From the human T2T-CHM13v2.0 reference genome, Homo sapiens: a stretch of DNA of 64,000 nt. The notes under the pieces are model-generated. The model was not told where the DNA came from. It saw only the letters and a program-made list of their open reading frames with translations, and did no database searches. Below, in pieces: positions 14,126-26,749 of the stretch. Position numbers and translations under genes: made by a program. The DNA lies in NCBI RefSeq assembly GCF_009914755.1, contig NC_060947.1, one strand, 5' to 3'. Every line of letters starts with the position of its first letter. Position 1 is the stretch's first letter.

Positions 14126-15616
14126 ATTTTTCCAAAGTGAGAGAAAAACATTATCTGAATATGTTAGCAGGCATTTGGTGGGTATATATGTGAATTGGCA
14201 TGCACATGAGCAGGAGTGTGCCATAATCTAATGAGTCTGGGAAACACAGGAGCAAAAAAAAATTAAGTTAGTGTATCATAGCTCTTATATCACAAACTTC
14301 CCATTCCATCATGGAGTCCAGAGGCTGCTCAAAAGCCCCAGAGACAGTTCAAAGAAAAGCCAGAGAGTCAGGATGGCCTGAAGAAGTTAATCTAGCCCAC
14401 CAGCTTGTTTAGAGTATAAAGAGACAAGATCAAGCTATGTACCACAGGTCTTCCTGCATTTGGCTAAAGGACATAAGGACATCATGTTAGGAGTCTTCAA
14501 GGTTAAGGAGTCCACCTCAAGCTCAAGAAATACTCACACTGGCCCCAGACTGGTGCCCAATACCCTCCGTCATGATCAGGTTGGTCATTTTTGATCACAA
14601 AGAGCAACCCATAAGATTGGCAAGATGTGCCATATGAAAAGACCAAGTTACAAGAAGACATTAGTTTAGCCTAGAGGTGACATTGGTACCTTGGTACTGT
14701 TGTGGTCAAATTCCCAAGCAGATAGGGCAAAACCAGCAAGATTAGAAAGTTCAAAGTAGAGGCCAAAGCATAGGAAGATGGCAGCATCAACTTAAAGAAG
14801 TCCCAAATGAATCTAATGTCAACAAAGGAAGCCACTGCAAGTTCTGAAAGGCTGGTCTTTCTGCTAGATCAGAAATATTTAAGGGAACATTCCAATCTTG
14901 GCTAGAGCCAAGCAAAAAGCTGAGATTTGAAGGAGACAGAGTATGCTATAAAACAGCAAGAGAAATATACTTTGGCTCTATGGAAACCCAGGTGAGCATC
15001 TACCATCCCTCCTTGAAACATGGTCTCTACACACAGGACCCAGGTAATTAATTTATTGAAAATTTATAATATACCAACTGTATCAGCTACATGACAGACA
15101 TTATATTTAATGATTAAATAATGTGCCTAGGAAAACATTAATAGCAAGAACCAGGATTGAAATCCAGGCTGATCTGATTTCCAAAGCCCAGGCTTTTTCA
15201 TTTATACTGTGAGGTAAGCAGGTTGTTTGGCTTTCCTAAACCTATTGGCCTCTATGTCAGTATCCCAGTGCAGGATACTTACCAGTGTCCTACAATTTGG
15301 TCCCATGCCTATTCATTCACTCCCACAGCTCAAAGGCCCCAGCACTAAGGATTTTTTTCAAGCAAAGGAGGTGCTGGGATGCTGGGATAACTAACATATC
15401 CTCAGGTGACTAAATAGTAAAATGAACCCCAACTTATGTCAATAAAGGAGCAATTATCTCATTTCCAGGGAAATCTGAAAGTCTTGCAGTAGATTTTGAA
15501 GACAATTTCATACATACTTTGCCTGAGCGCACCTCCAGGCCATTGTTCCAGCTTTTTTCTGTAGTGAGAATGCCTGTGTCTGGTCAAATCCTGTGTGTTT
15601 TTCAAAGTCTATCTCA

Positions 15617-15950
15617 TCATGTCCTTTGCAGGGACATGGATGGAGCTGGAGGCCATCATCCCTAGCAAACTAATGCAGGAACAGAAAACTAAATACCACA
15701 TGTTCTCACTTATAAGTGGGAGCTAAACGATGAGGACACATGGACACACAGAGGGGGGCAACACACACTGGGGCCTACCAGAGAGTGGTGGGGGGAGGCA
15801 GGGAGAAGATTAGGAAAAATAATTAATGGATACTAGGCTTAATACCTGAGTGATGAAATAATACGTACAACAAACTCCCACAACACAAGTTTACCTATAT
15901 AACAAACCTGCACATGTACCCCTGAAATTAAAATAAAAGTTAAAAAAAAA
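15617..15950 (+). mobile_element. 5'-truncated L1 3' UTR (older L1PA, about PA13-16) with TSD, inside an L2 fragment
   Basis: 'catgtcctttgcagggacatggatggagctggaggcc' to 'aataaaagttaaaaaaaaa'; TSD agtctatctca at 15606-15616 and 15952-15962. Confidence 0.93.
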
Positions 15951-16904
15951 CAGTCTATCTCAAATCTAATTTCCCACTTGGAAGTATTTGCTCGTTCTCC
16001 CAACATGCAAGGGCCTTCACTGCTCTGAATCTCCATGGCAAATATTTTATCTTGTATCACAGGCAGCTAATAATTTACCTTTACCCAAAACTTTGCAACC
16101 ATCTGTAAACTTGTCAAAGTGGAGACTGCGTATTCCTCACATCTATATGTTCCGAAACACCCAGAATAACACCCTGTCTCAGAAGATACTCAGGAATAAT
16201 TCCTTGACTTAAATGCATATGGAAATGTCCAATACATATCGTAACAGAATAGCTCCTTCCAGCTTCCTGGTTTGAAGTAAAAGGGAGTAACACCCTTGGT
16301 CTCTGAGCAAACAGCTTTCCTACTATCTTGGAGACTGGTATTTTTATATATCCCAGAAGTAGCATGGCACATTTTATAAAAATGTTTGGAGTTGAAATAA
16401 AAAATACTAAACCAGACAAATTCTGACCTGAAATCCATAATTCCTTTAAAATCCTTCTGTTTAAGATGACAAGCAGAGATTGATTAATCCAAGGTTGATG
16501 AATGGATAGCTTCATTCACCCCAATCTGTCTTCCCCTTTATCTACTGAGAATACATGTTTTACCAGTGCTATAATGTTTCCATGGCAATTTACATTTTGA
16601 ACTTTTCACAGTCGTTTTCTGTCGGCATTCAGCATGCTAAAAAAGAGTGGTTAGGTCCACATAGGAAACAGGGAAAGACTCAACCATTGAGATGTTAAAG
16701 GTCATCCTTCAAATCAGAGGCAGTGCTGAGAAGAGAACACTGACTTCAGAGACTTGGGCTCTGAAGGCATATTAACAAGCCAGTTGTCCATACAAAGGAA
16801 ATAAAGAAAAATGCTACTGAATTAGAGTTAGAAACTTCTATAAATATATCACTATTTCATCAACTTAGAGTAAAAGATTGATGGAAGTTGATCAAAATTG
16901 GGTG

Positions 16905-17045
16905 GCCTAACGAGCAGATTAAAGAACACAGATTCCAAGCCCTACCCAAAACCCACTGAATCAATAGCTTGGCAAAAATACCCAGTTATTTGCATTTTAG
17001 TAGGCTCCCAAGAGATTCTGTTGGGCAGCTATGATTAACATCATG
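16905..17045. mobile_element. MER5-type fragment
   Basis: 'cagattccaagccctaccc...actgaatcaa...ttgcatttt...ctcccaagagattctg'. Confidence 0.65.
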
Positions 17046-17498
17046 GATTTATGTAACTGCAAAGATGTAGGATTCGAACTCTCACTCCCAGATTCTGTTC
17101 TGCTTTGTCATGAAGTTGCCATTCAAAATGGCAGTGGGGGTTGGGGAATGATGTGGATAGTTTTCAGTCTGCATCCAGGGAAAATGAACCCCTTTAAAGA
17201 GTCCTGAACAAGTCTCTGGAAGAGAGCATCCTGACCCTTCCTCTATTTGCACGCAGTGTTTGGCCCTGACATTTCCTCAAAGCCAGGTTTTCACTCTTGT
17301 GTTGTCCTGGTATGAAAAGAAAACAAACCCCTAGCAAAGACAGCTCATTTAAACCCAAGATATCATTCCACAGCAATAAACTGTAAACAAAATTTCACTA
17401 CATCTCAAACCCATTTGTAACCAGACAGCATCATTTTACTTTTAAGGGAAGGACCTTGTTATGATTTTCTTCTCTTGCACCTGGAAAGAAAAAGCATC

Positions 17499-17501
<3 letters not shown>

Positions 17502-17529
<28 letters not shown>

Positions 17530-17784
17530 GAGATGGAGTCTCACTCTGTTGATCTTGGCTCACTGCAACCTCCGCCTCCCGAGTTCAAGCAATTCTTCTG
17601 CCTCAGCCTCCCGAGTAGCTGGGACTACAGGCGTGTGCCACTACACCTGGCTAATTTTTGTATTTTTAGTAGAGACGGGGTTTCACCATACTGGCCAGGC
17701 CGGCCTCAAACTCCTGACCTTGTGATCTGCCTGCCTCGGCCTCCCAAAGTGCTGGATTACAGGCGTGAGCCACCGCACCCGGCC
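17502..17784 (-). mobile_element. AluS (Sg/Sc-like) with an internal deletion of about 24 bp
   Basis: T28 tail, both arms; TSD catctact at 17495-17502 and 17786-17793; 'gcccaggctggagtgcagtggcgc' absent at 17550/17551. Confidence 0.95.
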
Positions 17785-17883
17785 ACATCTACTATTTAGA
17801 AGTCCCAATTGTAGTTGGGTTACTGTTAGACTTGTGAAAACTTGGTGAATTAGATTACTCAGAATCACAGCAATAAACAAGTC

Positions 17884-18018
17884 AGGAAGGGGAAAGAAAA
17901 GAAAAGAGAAGAGAAGAGAAGAAAAAGAGAGAGAGAGGGAGGGAGGGAAGGAGGGATGGAGGAAGGAAGGAAGGAAGGAAGGAAGGAAGGAAGGAAGGAA
18001 GGAAGGAAGGAAAGAAAA
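17884..18018 (+). repeat. Polypurine tract containing (GGAA)13
   Basis: Almost pure G/A; 13 uninterrupted GGAA at 17961-18012. Confidence 0.97.
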
Positions 18019-19139
18019 CTATCAGGGCGAACAAGGAGTATTTTAACATCAATCTTAGAACATAATAATATGACTTGACTGTTTTTTCCAATCCTTATGA
18101 TTAGAAGAATTTTTTGTTTTGGGTTTCTGGTGCAAAGATAAGACTCCAGGATGAAATAACTTAATAGAAACAACATGTCTCCACCCCAGGATTACATCCA
18201 GACCAACCCTCAGGGAAGGCTCTCACTGTTATTCTGTTAGTATTCTTTGTACTGTGCTTGAACCAGGTGAGCTAATGCCTCATTAATGAGGGCAAGGCCA
18301 CCACTGAGATAATTCCTCCCCTTCCGGGCCTTAAAAATAAAGAAAATGCAAAACATCATGGAAAATTTTCATAAGACTTTGACAAAATCCATTCACTAAT
18401 TACAAATCAATCATCAGTCTTCTCAGAGATCCTACGCTCAAGGCTCCTACTGAGAGAGCACCTTAACCTCACCTCTTACCACTCCCCTGGACAGCAAGTA
18501 GCTCATGGCCAATAAAGTATTGAGATCCAGGCAACAGGATACTAGATGGGATGGTTCCTCCTACTTGTGCCCCCCGAGCTGCCATTGCCTTTCACACAAA
18601 TACCATTACAATCCTTCTGGCCCCATCCCATTTTCATGAATCCTTCTCCTACCATTATTTTGCAGCTATCCCACACTGTATGTTACTCCAACTTTGTGGT
18701 CTCAGCCTGCTCTTTCTGAAACCATTTGCAAAAAGTGAAAGTCTAGCCCTTCATGCTGCCTTCCTTCTCAGATTCCCCAGACAGCAGGGTTGGGGTATTC
18801 ATGGCATGGGAAACATTCATCTCTGCGTTTTTCTTTAGATTCAATCTGCCTGACAGCACATTGGCAGCTTCCAAAACCACCAATGGTTTCCAAAGGTTTT
18901 GTACAGCCAAGACCTCACTAGTTTCGAAGCTTGTGTTGGACTTTTTTTTTTTTTTTTTTTGCCTTACAAACAGAAAAATATAAGAAATAAGGAAAAATAA
19001 TCTTTTTTATTTGTACAAAAAGACCTCCCATGCTTATGTTGGAAAGGCCCTGCTGAGAATTCCTTGCAGAGAAAAGGAAGTAGTAGGAAAACTGCTCCAA
19101 GTTTAGTTTAGTTAGTTTTAGTTTATCTTAGAAAATCCA

Positions 19140-19628
19140 CTGGGTTGTTTCAGGTCCCATGACAAATGTATCACCATCTATACTCCACTGGTAACCACTT
19201 GGCACTGCCTGCTCCTGTGCACATGGACAATTCTTTATGGCAATTATTTGCAATTTCTGCCTGCCAGAGTGCATTCTCTGGCCCCAGAAGCTTGATCAGC
19301 CTGGGCATAGAGTAAGCTAGAGAGTTAGTAATTTCCAGGGAGTTGACATTCCTAGGAGGAGCCCTTAGCCATGACTGATAGCAGTTAGTGAATGGCTACT
19401 CCAGTTTTTTCAACTCAGAGGCATGTTCTGCACAATTCCTAGGGTTCCCAGGATGACTGAGCTCCAGTTGCTCATTAATATACTTTATATTGGCTTAAAT
19501 AAATTCCTTTCTTCCCTGTTTCATTTCCCTACTCCATTACTGGTGCTCTGGAAATCACCTCCCAAAGAAACCACTGGAACTCAGATCCTGTCTCAGGGCC
19601 TACTTTAGGAAGAAGCTGACTTAAGACA
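19140..19628 (+). mobile_element. ERVL solo LTR, LTR16-like
   Basis: Ends 'cacctcccaaagaaaccactggaactcagatcctgtctcagggcc...cttaagaca'; internal 'tgagctccagttgctc'. Confidence 0.8.
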
Positions 19629-21057
19629 CTTATCCTCATTATCAGATCCAATAAACTTGGAAGAAGAAATTGGACATATTCGATTGAGTTCCTTTCTCAT
19701 TCTTGCTAACTGCTTGCTTGAAGGAGCATGCATTCTTGTTTGCTTGGCCACCGACCTAATCTATGTTCTACAAGCAGCTTTACCAAAAATTGAGGTGATA
19801 TTTTCACCTTTATCTACCTCACACTTTCCCTCATTTTTTCAAGACTCAAATGGGGAATGAAGGGGTGTTATTTATTGATCCACTAAAGCTTCAACAGGTA
19901 TTTGTGTCTTATCAACATCTGTTGTCAGATGGGATCTACAGATGAGTAATCCCAAATCTTCAAGAGTTCAGGCTGACGGGTCCATGGTCTTCTCTTCATC
20001 ATTGTCACCAATTTTTATACCCCCTCTTCAGAGATGTAAAAATGCTCATTTCTTGAGATATGAACTTTGGAAAACTACTTAAACCTCTCCATTTCCATCA
20101 CAGAATTTTTGAAGGATTAGATGTGAACTAAAGTGTCTTTAAAAATGCCTGGCTTATAGTATTTATTGAACAAATGGTAGGTAAATTTAAATGGTGAACT
20201 CTGTTGGCTTCTCTAAGTTCTTCTGGTCCTAGTACCTTCACTGATCACATTTACTTCTTACCCATTCCATAGCAAATAAATTATATAAATACATCTTTGT
20301 TTTGGGTCATTAGAAGCTGCAAGATATGAACAGCAAGCAGCTCTGTAATGTTTGGGTAATTTCTTTTTCAATTGGTCCTGCTGGTGTTGCATAAAGGTGC
20401 CTCCAGAGCTTTGGGAGACCTGTTGATCACAGAGCAACATCTGTTCCATAATTCGCAGTGAGTCGATTGCAAGACAGCAGGAGATGACTTGAAAATCTCA
20501 CTCTCCAAGTCTAGGATAGCAAACTCCTGACATATGGGACACTCTGACAATTCTTAGTGCACAGTGCCCAAAACACTTTTCACAATACTTCTAAATACGG
20601 ACTCCTGGTATATTTCCACAATTGATTGGAGTTGACAAGTGAAATGAGCTCATTTGCAATCCCTGATCTGTTTAAACTAGATCAAAGAAGAAACAGTCTT
20701 CATTTAATGTGGGAAAGCTTACAGGTATGTCTGATTATGATGCAAAGAAAGGGTCTGCATTTTGATAGACCACCATCAGACAGGGACAGCAATGAATCAG
20801 AAAAAGGCCAGCTTTCAAGACATCATATTGATTATAAACTCATTATCTATTTCTGATGTTGACAAAGATATCATTCAGTGAAATATTAATATGAAACTGG
20901 CAGAGCAAGTTAACTGCTTTATAACAAATTAAATTCTCTAAAAAAAGCTGCTTCGCCTAAGAGACTGATCACATTCTACATGCTATTCAGGTATCACATC
21001 AATATTCAACTGAGTACTGATCATATTTCAGTGAGACCAATATGAGCAGAAGCAAAT

Positions 21058-21210
21058 GAAACTTTAGAGACCAAGTTATCCAACCTACTCTTGGTACAGA
21101 TTAGAACACTGATTTCTACAAAGAAAAAGAAATGTGCCCAAGTTCACATAGTGAGTTAGTGGCACAGTCAAGGTGTCCCGGCTTCTGGACCAAAGCTGTT
21201 TTTACTAAAT
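21058..21210 (-). mobile_element. MIR3/MIRc
   Basis: 'tttagagaccaag...tccaacc...tgcccaagttcacatagtgagttagtggca'. Confidence 0.75.
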
Positions 21211-21483
21211 CAGATTATCCCTAAATTACCCAAACAAAACCAAATGGATGGAGGGAGCACGAGTGAAGGGAAAAGAGGGAAAGAGAGGGAACAGCAAGAT
21301 AGTAGAAGACGTGAAAGTTTTGTTTTAAAGCTGACCCTGACTATAACTATGTAAGTGGGTTCATATAATACTATTAATTATGCAAAAAAAATGAGAAATA
21401 AAGAAAAAGAGAGCAGCATTATATTGAATTACTAAGTGGCCTAACACTTAGGAAAATGCACGTTTAGTTTTTGCCTCCTGCAC

Positions 21484-21851
21484 TGTTATGGACTGAATGT
21501 CTGTATCCCTCCCAAATTCATATGTTGAAGCCCTAACCTGCAATGTGATGATACTAGGAGCTGAGTCCTTTGAGAGGTAATTAAGGTTAAATGGGTTTGT
21601 GAGGAAAAGCCCCTATAATTACTGTTCTCACAAGAAGAGGAAGAGATACCAGACTATCCTCTATTCACCATGTGAAGGTACAGCAAGAAGGTAGCGATCT
21701 GCAACCAAGAAGGCAGCCCTCACCAGAACTCAACAATTCTGGCACCCTGACCTTGGACTTTCAGCCTCCAGAAATGTGGGAGATAAATGCCTATTCTTTA
21801 ATCCACTCAGTCTGTGGTATTTTGTTACAGTAGCCCCAGCTAACTAAGACA
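21484..21851 (+). mobile_element. MaLR solo LTR (MLT1A-like)
   Basis: TG...CA termini: 'tgttatggactgaatg...ccaaattcatatgttgaagcccta' to 'gctaactaagaca'. Confidence 0.92.
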
Positions 21852-22884
21852 CCCACACTTCACTTTACTTTTTGAGCAGCAAGTCCCACTCAAGGTATTT
21901 TATTTTCCTATCATTTACAATAAATTCTAAATGATAGCTCACTTTTGGACAATTGCTTCAAGTTCACTAAAGATTATCAAAGTGTGTTCTTTATATCTTC
22001 TGCTTCCTTGGAGTTATGCTTTATTTTTCCTTTTTTTACTTTTAAGTTGCCTTTGCTATGAACATATTTTGCTACAGGCAACATCTGGGGGTGTGTATTT
22101 CAGATCCCACAGGTTACCATGGCATAAAATTAGGCTTTCAGGTCTCTAATTAAAAACAGACTTTTTGCTTCATAATGGCAAAGTCCAGAAGCAGCAGGAA
22201 TTGACTCGAAAGGAGGTTCTATTTTCCCTCACTTACCATCAGAACAATCTTCCTGAGTTATGATGAATCTGAAAGGAATGTCCATTATTACTTCATCTGA
22301 CATAAGGAGGTACTAGGAATTTTATAGAGTCTGATCCATCTCCCTTGGAAAGAACATGTGTCTGTGCCTATGATGGGGAGACGAATCATACCAACAGATA
22401 GTTTAACCATTTTGGACTAAAACCTTTCCAAAACAATTGACACAATTCTCTGCTTCTTTAAACAGAAGACAAAAAAAAAAAAAATAGGATTTCCTGTTTT
22501 CTTGTGCTTCAGTATTATTTTAATGCAGCTCTTGGCTTTTGACACTGAGCCTTGTTATTCGTACATACTCTGGGAATTGGACTTTGGTTTTCCTTCACTC
22601 TGTCATGATTAAACAACCCCTTTTATTACCAAGGTCTTCACTGCCTTGAGCACAAATCCCCCACACTGCATCCTGTGGCCCCCAGACCCTTATTCACTGT
22701 TCTAAGCAGGTCAGACTACAGAGCTCTGGCCAGTCCTGCTTCTCTCATGAGGAATGGACCCATGGACTATAAGGGAATTTGCCTTTGAACTAAGCACACT
22801 AAGGCTGCTTTGCTCTGTGAGGTCTTAGGTCTGCTTATTTTGAATGCATCTCTTTCATCCCCACATTCGATAAAGGGTCACTGA

Positions 22885-23160
22885 TCACTTACTATCCATC
22901 AGACACTGCACTGAGGGATACAACTATTAAACAAGTCACAGTCTCTTCTCTCATGCAATCTACAGTTGGTTGGGGGACACAGGTGAGTAAACATACAGCT
23001 ACACTGCAGTGTGAGAAGTACAATAAGGAGGGTAGCACAAGATGATGATTAAACATAAAGCAGGAGCTCAAAACAAGTCTTGAGGAATGTAATGAAAGGC
23101 TTCGCAGAGGAGTTAATATTTGAGCACTGAAGGATGACCAAAAGTAGATGACCAACTGGA
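22885..23160 (-). mobile_element. L2 fragment
   Basis: 'cagacactgcactgagggataca...ctctcatgcaatctacagt...ggcttcgcagaggag'. Confidence 0.7.
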
Positions 23161-23359
23161 AGAAAGTAGAATTAATTGAGATGGCCTGAAAAATCATCAT
23201 TTGTTGCCATCAGAGTATCTGTCTGTAGAATTTCCCTTATGCCTTCCAGTGTAATTCTAACTTATGAGGTGCTTCCAAATTAGATCAGCAGAAGTATTAA
23301 TACTGTGTATCAATTAAGAGCAAAGAGGCTGTTTGGTCCCTAGGGGCTTACCTATGGAA

Positions 23360-23680
23360 AAAAATGCAAAGGAATTTATTATGTAAGATCACAAAAACCA
23401 CAAACCATAAAGGAAATGACTGATAAACATTGCTACATTAAAATTTAAAATGTATGCATGAAAAAATACACCACGTACAAACTAACAGGTCACAGACAGG
23501 ACAACATTTGTGGTATATTTAACGAGGATTAGTGCTAATAATTTAAAAAAGAACTCTAACAAATCAGCAAGAAAGAGGCCAAAAATCTCATTAGAAAAAG
23601 ACGGGCAAATTATATAAATGGAAATTTCAAGGAAGAGAAAGCTCTAATGACTTTATCACATATAATCTCGAAAGTGTAAA
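23360..23680 (+). mobile_element. Old L1 (L1ME-like) ORF2 fragment
   Basis: 'cacaaaccataaaggaaatgactgataaa...ctacattaaaatttaaaa', 'gaactctaacaaatcagcaagaaa'. Confidence 0.75.
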
Positions 23681-23691
23681 TTAATAAGAGG

Positions 23692-24348
23692 AAGATGGTA
23701 CAAAAACTCAGAAAAATAGTTTGGCAGTGCCTTTCAAAACTAAATATGAACTTATCATACGACTCAACAATTGCACTCTTGGGCATTTATCCTAGAAAAA
23801 TAAATAAATTTTGTAAATTGTAAATTATTCAAACGTCTTTCAATGGGTAAACCGACACAACTGCATGCAACAACTTGGATACATCTGAAGGAAATTGTTG
23901 CTGAGTTAAAAAGGTCAATTTCAAAAGGTTACATACTATATAATTTCTTTTATCTAGTACTTGTGAAATAATAATTGTAGATATGTAGGACAACTTAGTT
24001 GCCAGGGATTAGGGAGAAGAGAGAGGAGATGAATATGGCTGTAAAGGAGTAGCACAGAACAGTCTTCTGTATAGTGGAGTATGTTAACTGTCACGGTGGT
24101 TACATGAGACAACACATATGATAAAATTACATAAAACAACACACAGAAAAACACAAAGGGGCTCATGTTTAACTGGTGAAATCTGGGAAAGCTCTAAAGA
24201 TTTTACCAATGGTTTTGATATTGTACTATAATTATGTTATATGCTAATACTGGAGGAGGCTGGGGAATGTTGTATAGGACTTTTCTGTGTATTTGTTTGC
24301 AATCTTCTGTGAATTTATAGTTATTTCAAAATAAAAATTTTTTAAAAA
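23692..24348 (+). mobile_element. L1MC/MD-like 3' end with probable TSD
   Basis: 'aaaactaaatatgaacttatcatacgac', 'aactggtgaaatctg', 'tttcaaaataaaaa'; flanks aaattaa[t/g]aagagg at 23678-23691 and 24346-24359. Confidence 0.85.
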
Positions 24349-24499
24349 TTAAGAAGAGGGGAGAGTAGATTTGAGGCAAAGTAGGCCAAATGACATTTGT
24401 TTATCTTGTCAGCAGGCAAGTGAGAGTAGGTAATATTTCTGCACCAACACTGTATGTTTAAATTATTTTGTGATCATAGTTAAATAATAATAGTAATAG

Positions 24500-24700
24500 A
24501 AAAAACAGGTTTGAAGTCAAGCATAACTCATTTAAATCATATGACTGTCACTAATTAGCTATATGATCATGGGACTGTCAATCTCTCAGAGTATCTATTT
24601 CCTCTTTTATGAAGTCAGCATAAAAATCCCTGTTTTTAGAGAGTTTTTTTCGTAAGATTGATTAAAATAATGAACATAACTCACCTGGCATATACTATGA
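24500..24700 (+). mobile_element. MIR
   Basis: 'ggtttgaagtcaag...cactaattagctatatgatc...tttcctctttt...cctggcata'. Confidence 0.7.
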
Positions 24701-25214
24701 ATGGAATAATGACTGGTATGAATTTATGATAATGATGATGATAAAGGTTGTTCCTTCCTATACAGCATCAGCTGAAATTAATTTGACATGGTCCCACAAG
24801 ACAAGCTGAAGATTATTCAAGTTAACCTATGGAGGCTTTTTCTTAAATGAGAACAAGTCTACCTTTGGTGGTTTTCTTCACTTTAGCAACATCAAATCAT
24901 ATCATCCTTTAGATAATTTCATATAATACCATGAAATGCTATCACACAGAAGGTAAATGGGGATAACTGATGTGCTATCAACTCTGCCACAGAGTTGTAT
25001 TACTAGTGTTCAATGTTGTAATGATAGAGAAAGGACTGGACGAGCGAGGTGAGAGTAACTGCTGGGAAATATGGTCCAAGTGCTCCTGGTCTTCTCTACT
25101 GTCTACCTTATCTCTGTAGATAAAGGTTTCAACAGTTCTTGGCAAGTCTCTATGAACTCGGCCAACTATGCACAAAAGAACTGGTATCAATTTTAATGTA
25201 GTTAATATATTATG

Positions 25215-25462
25215 TAAGCAGTTTAGCCTAGTTCTCTTAAGAGCATGGATTTTAGGTTTAGCTGACCACTAGCTCTGCCACTTACTTCATGTATACCCTC
25301 AGACAAATTACATGGCCTCTCTAAGCCTTTACTTTCTTATCTATAAAAATACAAATGATAAAACCTACTTCAGAGGGCCATTATCAGCATTAAATAAAAT
25401 AATCTATGTAAAAGTCTCAGTCTGGTGCCAGGTACATAGTAAGCACTCAAAAATTAGCTAAT
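25215..25462 (+). mobile_element. MIR
   Basis: 'ctctgccacttact...cctctctaagcct...acatagtaagcactcaaaaattagcta'. Confidence 0.85.
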
Positions 25463-26280
25463 ATTTACCTACCAAACCACTAAGTATTACTTACATCAAA
25501 AGCAATCTCTACTGAGCATGACATTTTTTTCACAAAAGTTCCTAGAGGGAATTAAGAGGTCATAGAAAACGAATTGGGTTAGAACATTCATGCACTCATC
25601 ACTACCACCATGCAGAAGTTGTGCAATGTGAACTCCAAAGTGTGTAAAGGCTTCATTTCACTGTGTGAATTCAGGTGGTAAATACTATGGATATTTTTCA
25701 GGTTATTTGCATATTTATTATTTCTTTTAATAGTATTAATTCTTACTCCAATGTAGCCCTGACCGTGTTACTGACAATGTTGATTGAATAGGTATTATAA
25801 GAAATGCTACCAAGTTCCTTAGTGTGAGTCCTACATGTACCCTTTCCTGTCACTATTACTTCCAACTTTCGTGGTATTTCTGACTTCCAGCTGTAAAGAG
25901 CCCATGAAACTATGGTTTCTCTACTTGTCCTTTTTGCCTCAGCCTAAGAAACATATCTTGTGATTTACAAGAAGACAGTCAATATTATGGGGCAGCTTGA
26001 TTGCTATCCTGCACAGAGGCGTGAGAACAGACTTGACTGCATTTCAAGGACCTTTGAATCTAACCTTGTAATTCTACTTGTTGTGATGTATTTTTTTCCA
26101 CAAGAGATATCTGAGTGTGTGATACACTAGTTCTGCACTGTGCTAGGCACTGCAGGGAGATCCAAAAATTATGAGGTAGAACCCATGCTTCAGAAAAGAT
26201 GAAAATTAACTGAGGAGACAGAACTCGCAAACATAAAACAATCAGAAGAATAGGCTAATCATGTTCTCCTTATGGAACTC

Positions 26281-26326
26281 AAAAAAAAAAAAAAAAAAAA
26301 CAACAAAACAACAACAACAAAAAAAA
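26281..26326 (+). repeat. A20 followed by CAA-rich tract
   Basis: Seen directly. Confidence 0.9.
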
Positions 26327-26749
26327 CGACCTCTCTATCATTGTTTTTCATCTTAAGTCTGTAGCTTAAGGTGTCAATAGCTGATTTTGCTACTGGCTAT
26401 GCTCCAAATAAATCTCTCTAAGAAATGACTTCCCATTTCTGAAAATGTTTCCACTGCCATATTTTCTCACAAAAAAAAAAATGAAACTAAATTGGGGATT
26501 TCTAACTAATATCCTGAGTGTAAGCAATGTTTTTTCTCAAAATAACATGTCCATTATCCAGATACCACACAGGCTTTCAATGGCAGAATTTGAATGTCTT
26601 CATAAATTTTCCTATTCTATAGCACAAGGCTTATATCCGAAATCAAAATGGCCCCAAGGGTGCCAATCACACTCATGGGGAAAGGTATGGTGAGTTATGT
26701 CAAGGTGGCCTGCATAGGGCTCTGCACGCCTCAATCTGTGGGGAGTCTC

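Noticed and set aside
17865-18176. LPSF-repeat ORFs
   Set aside because: Translation of the (TTCC)n strand of the microsatellite.
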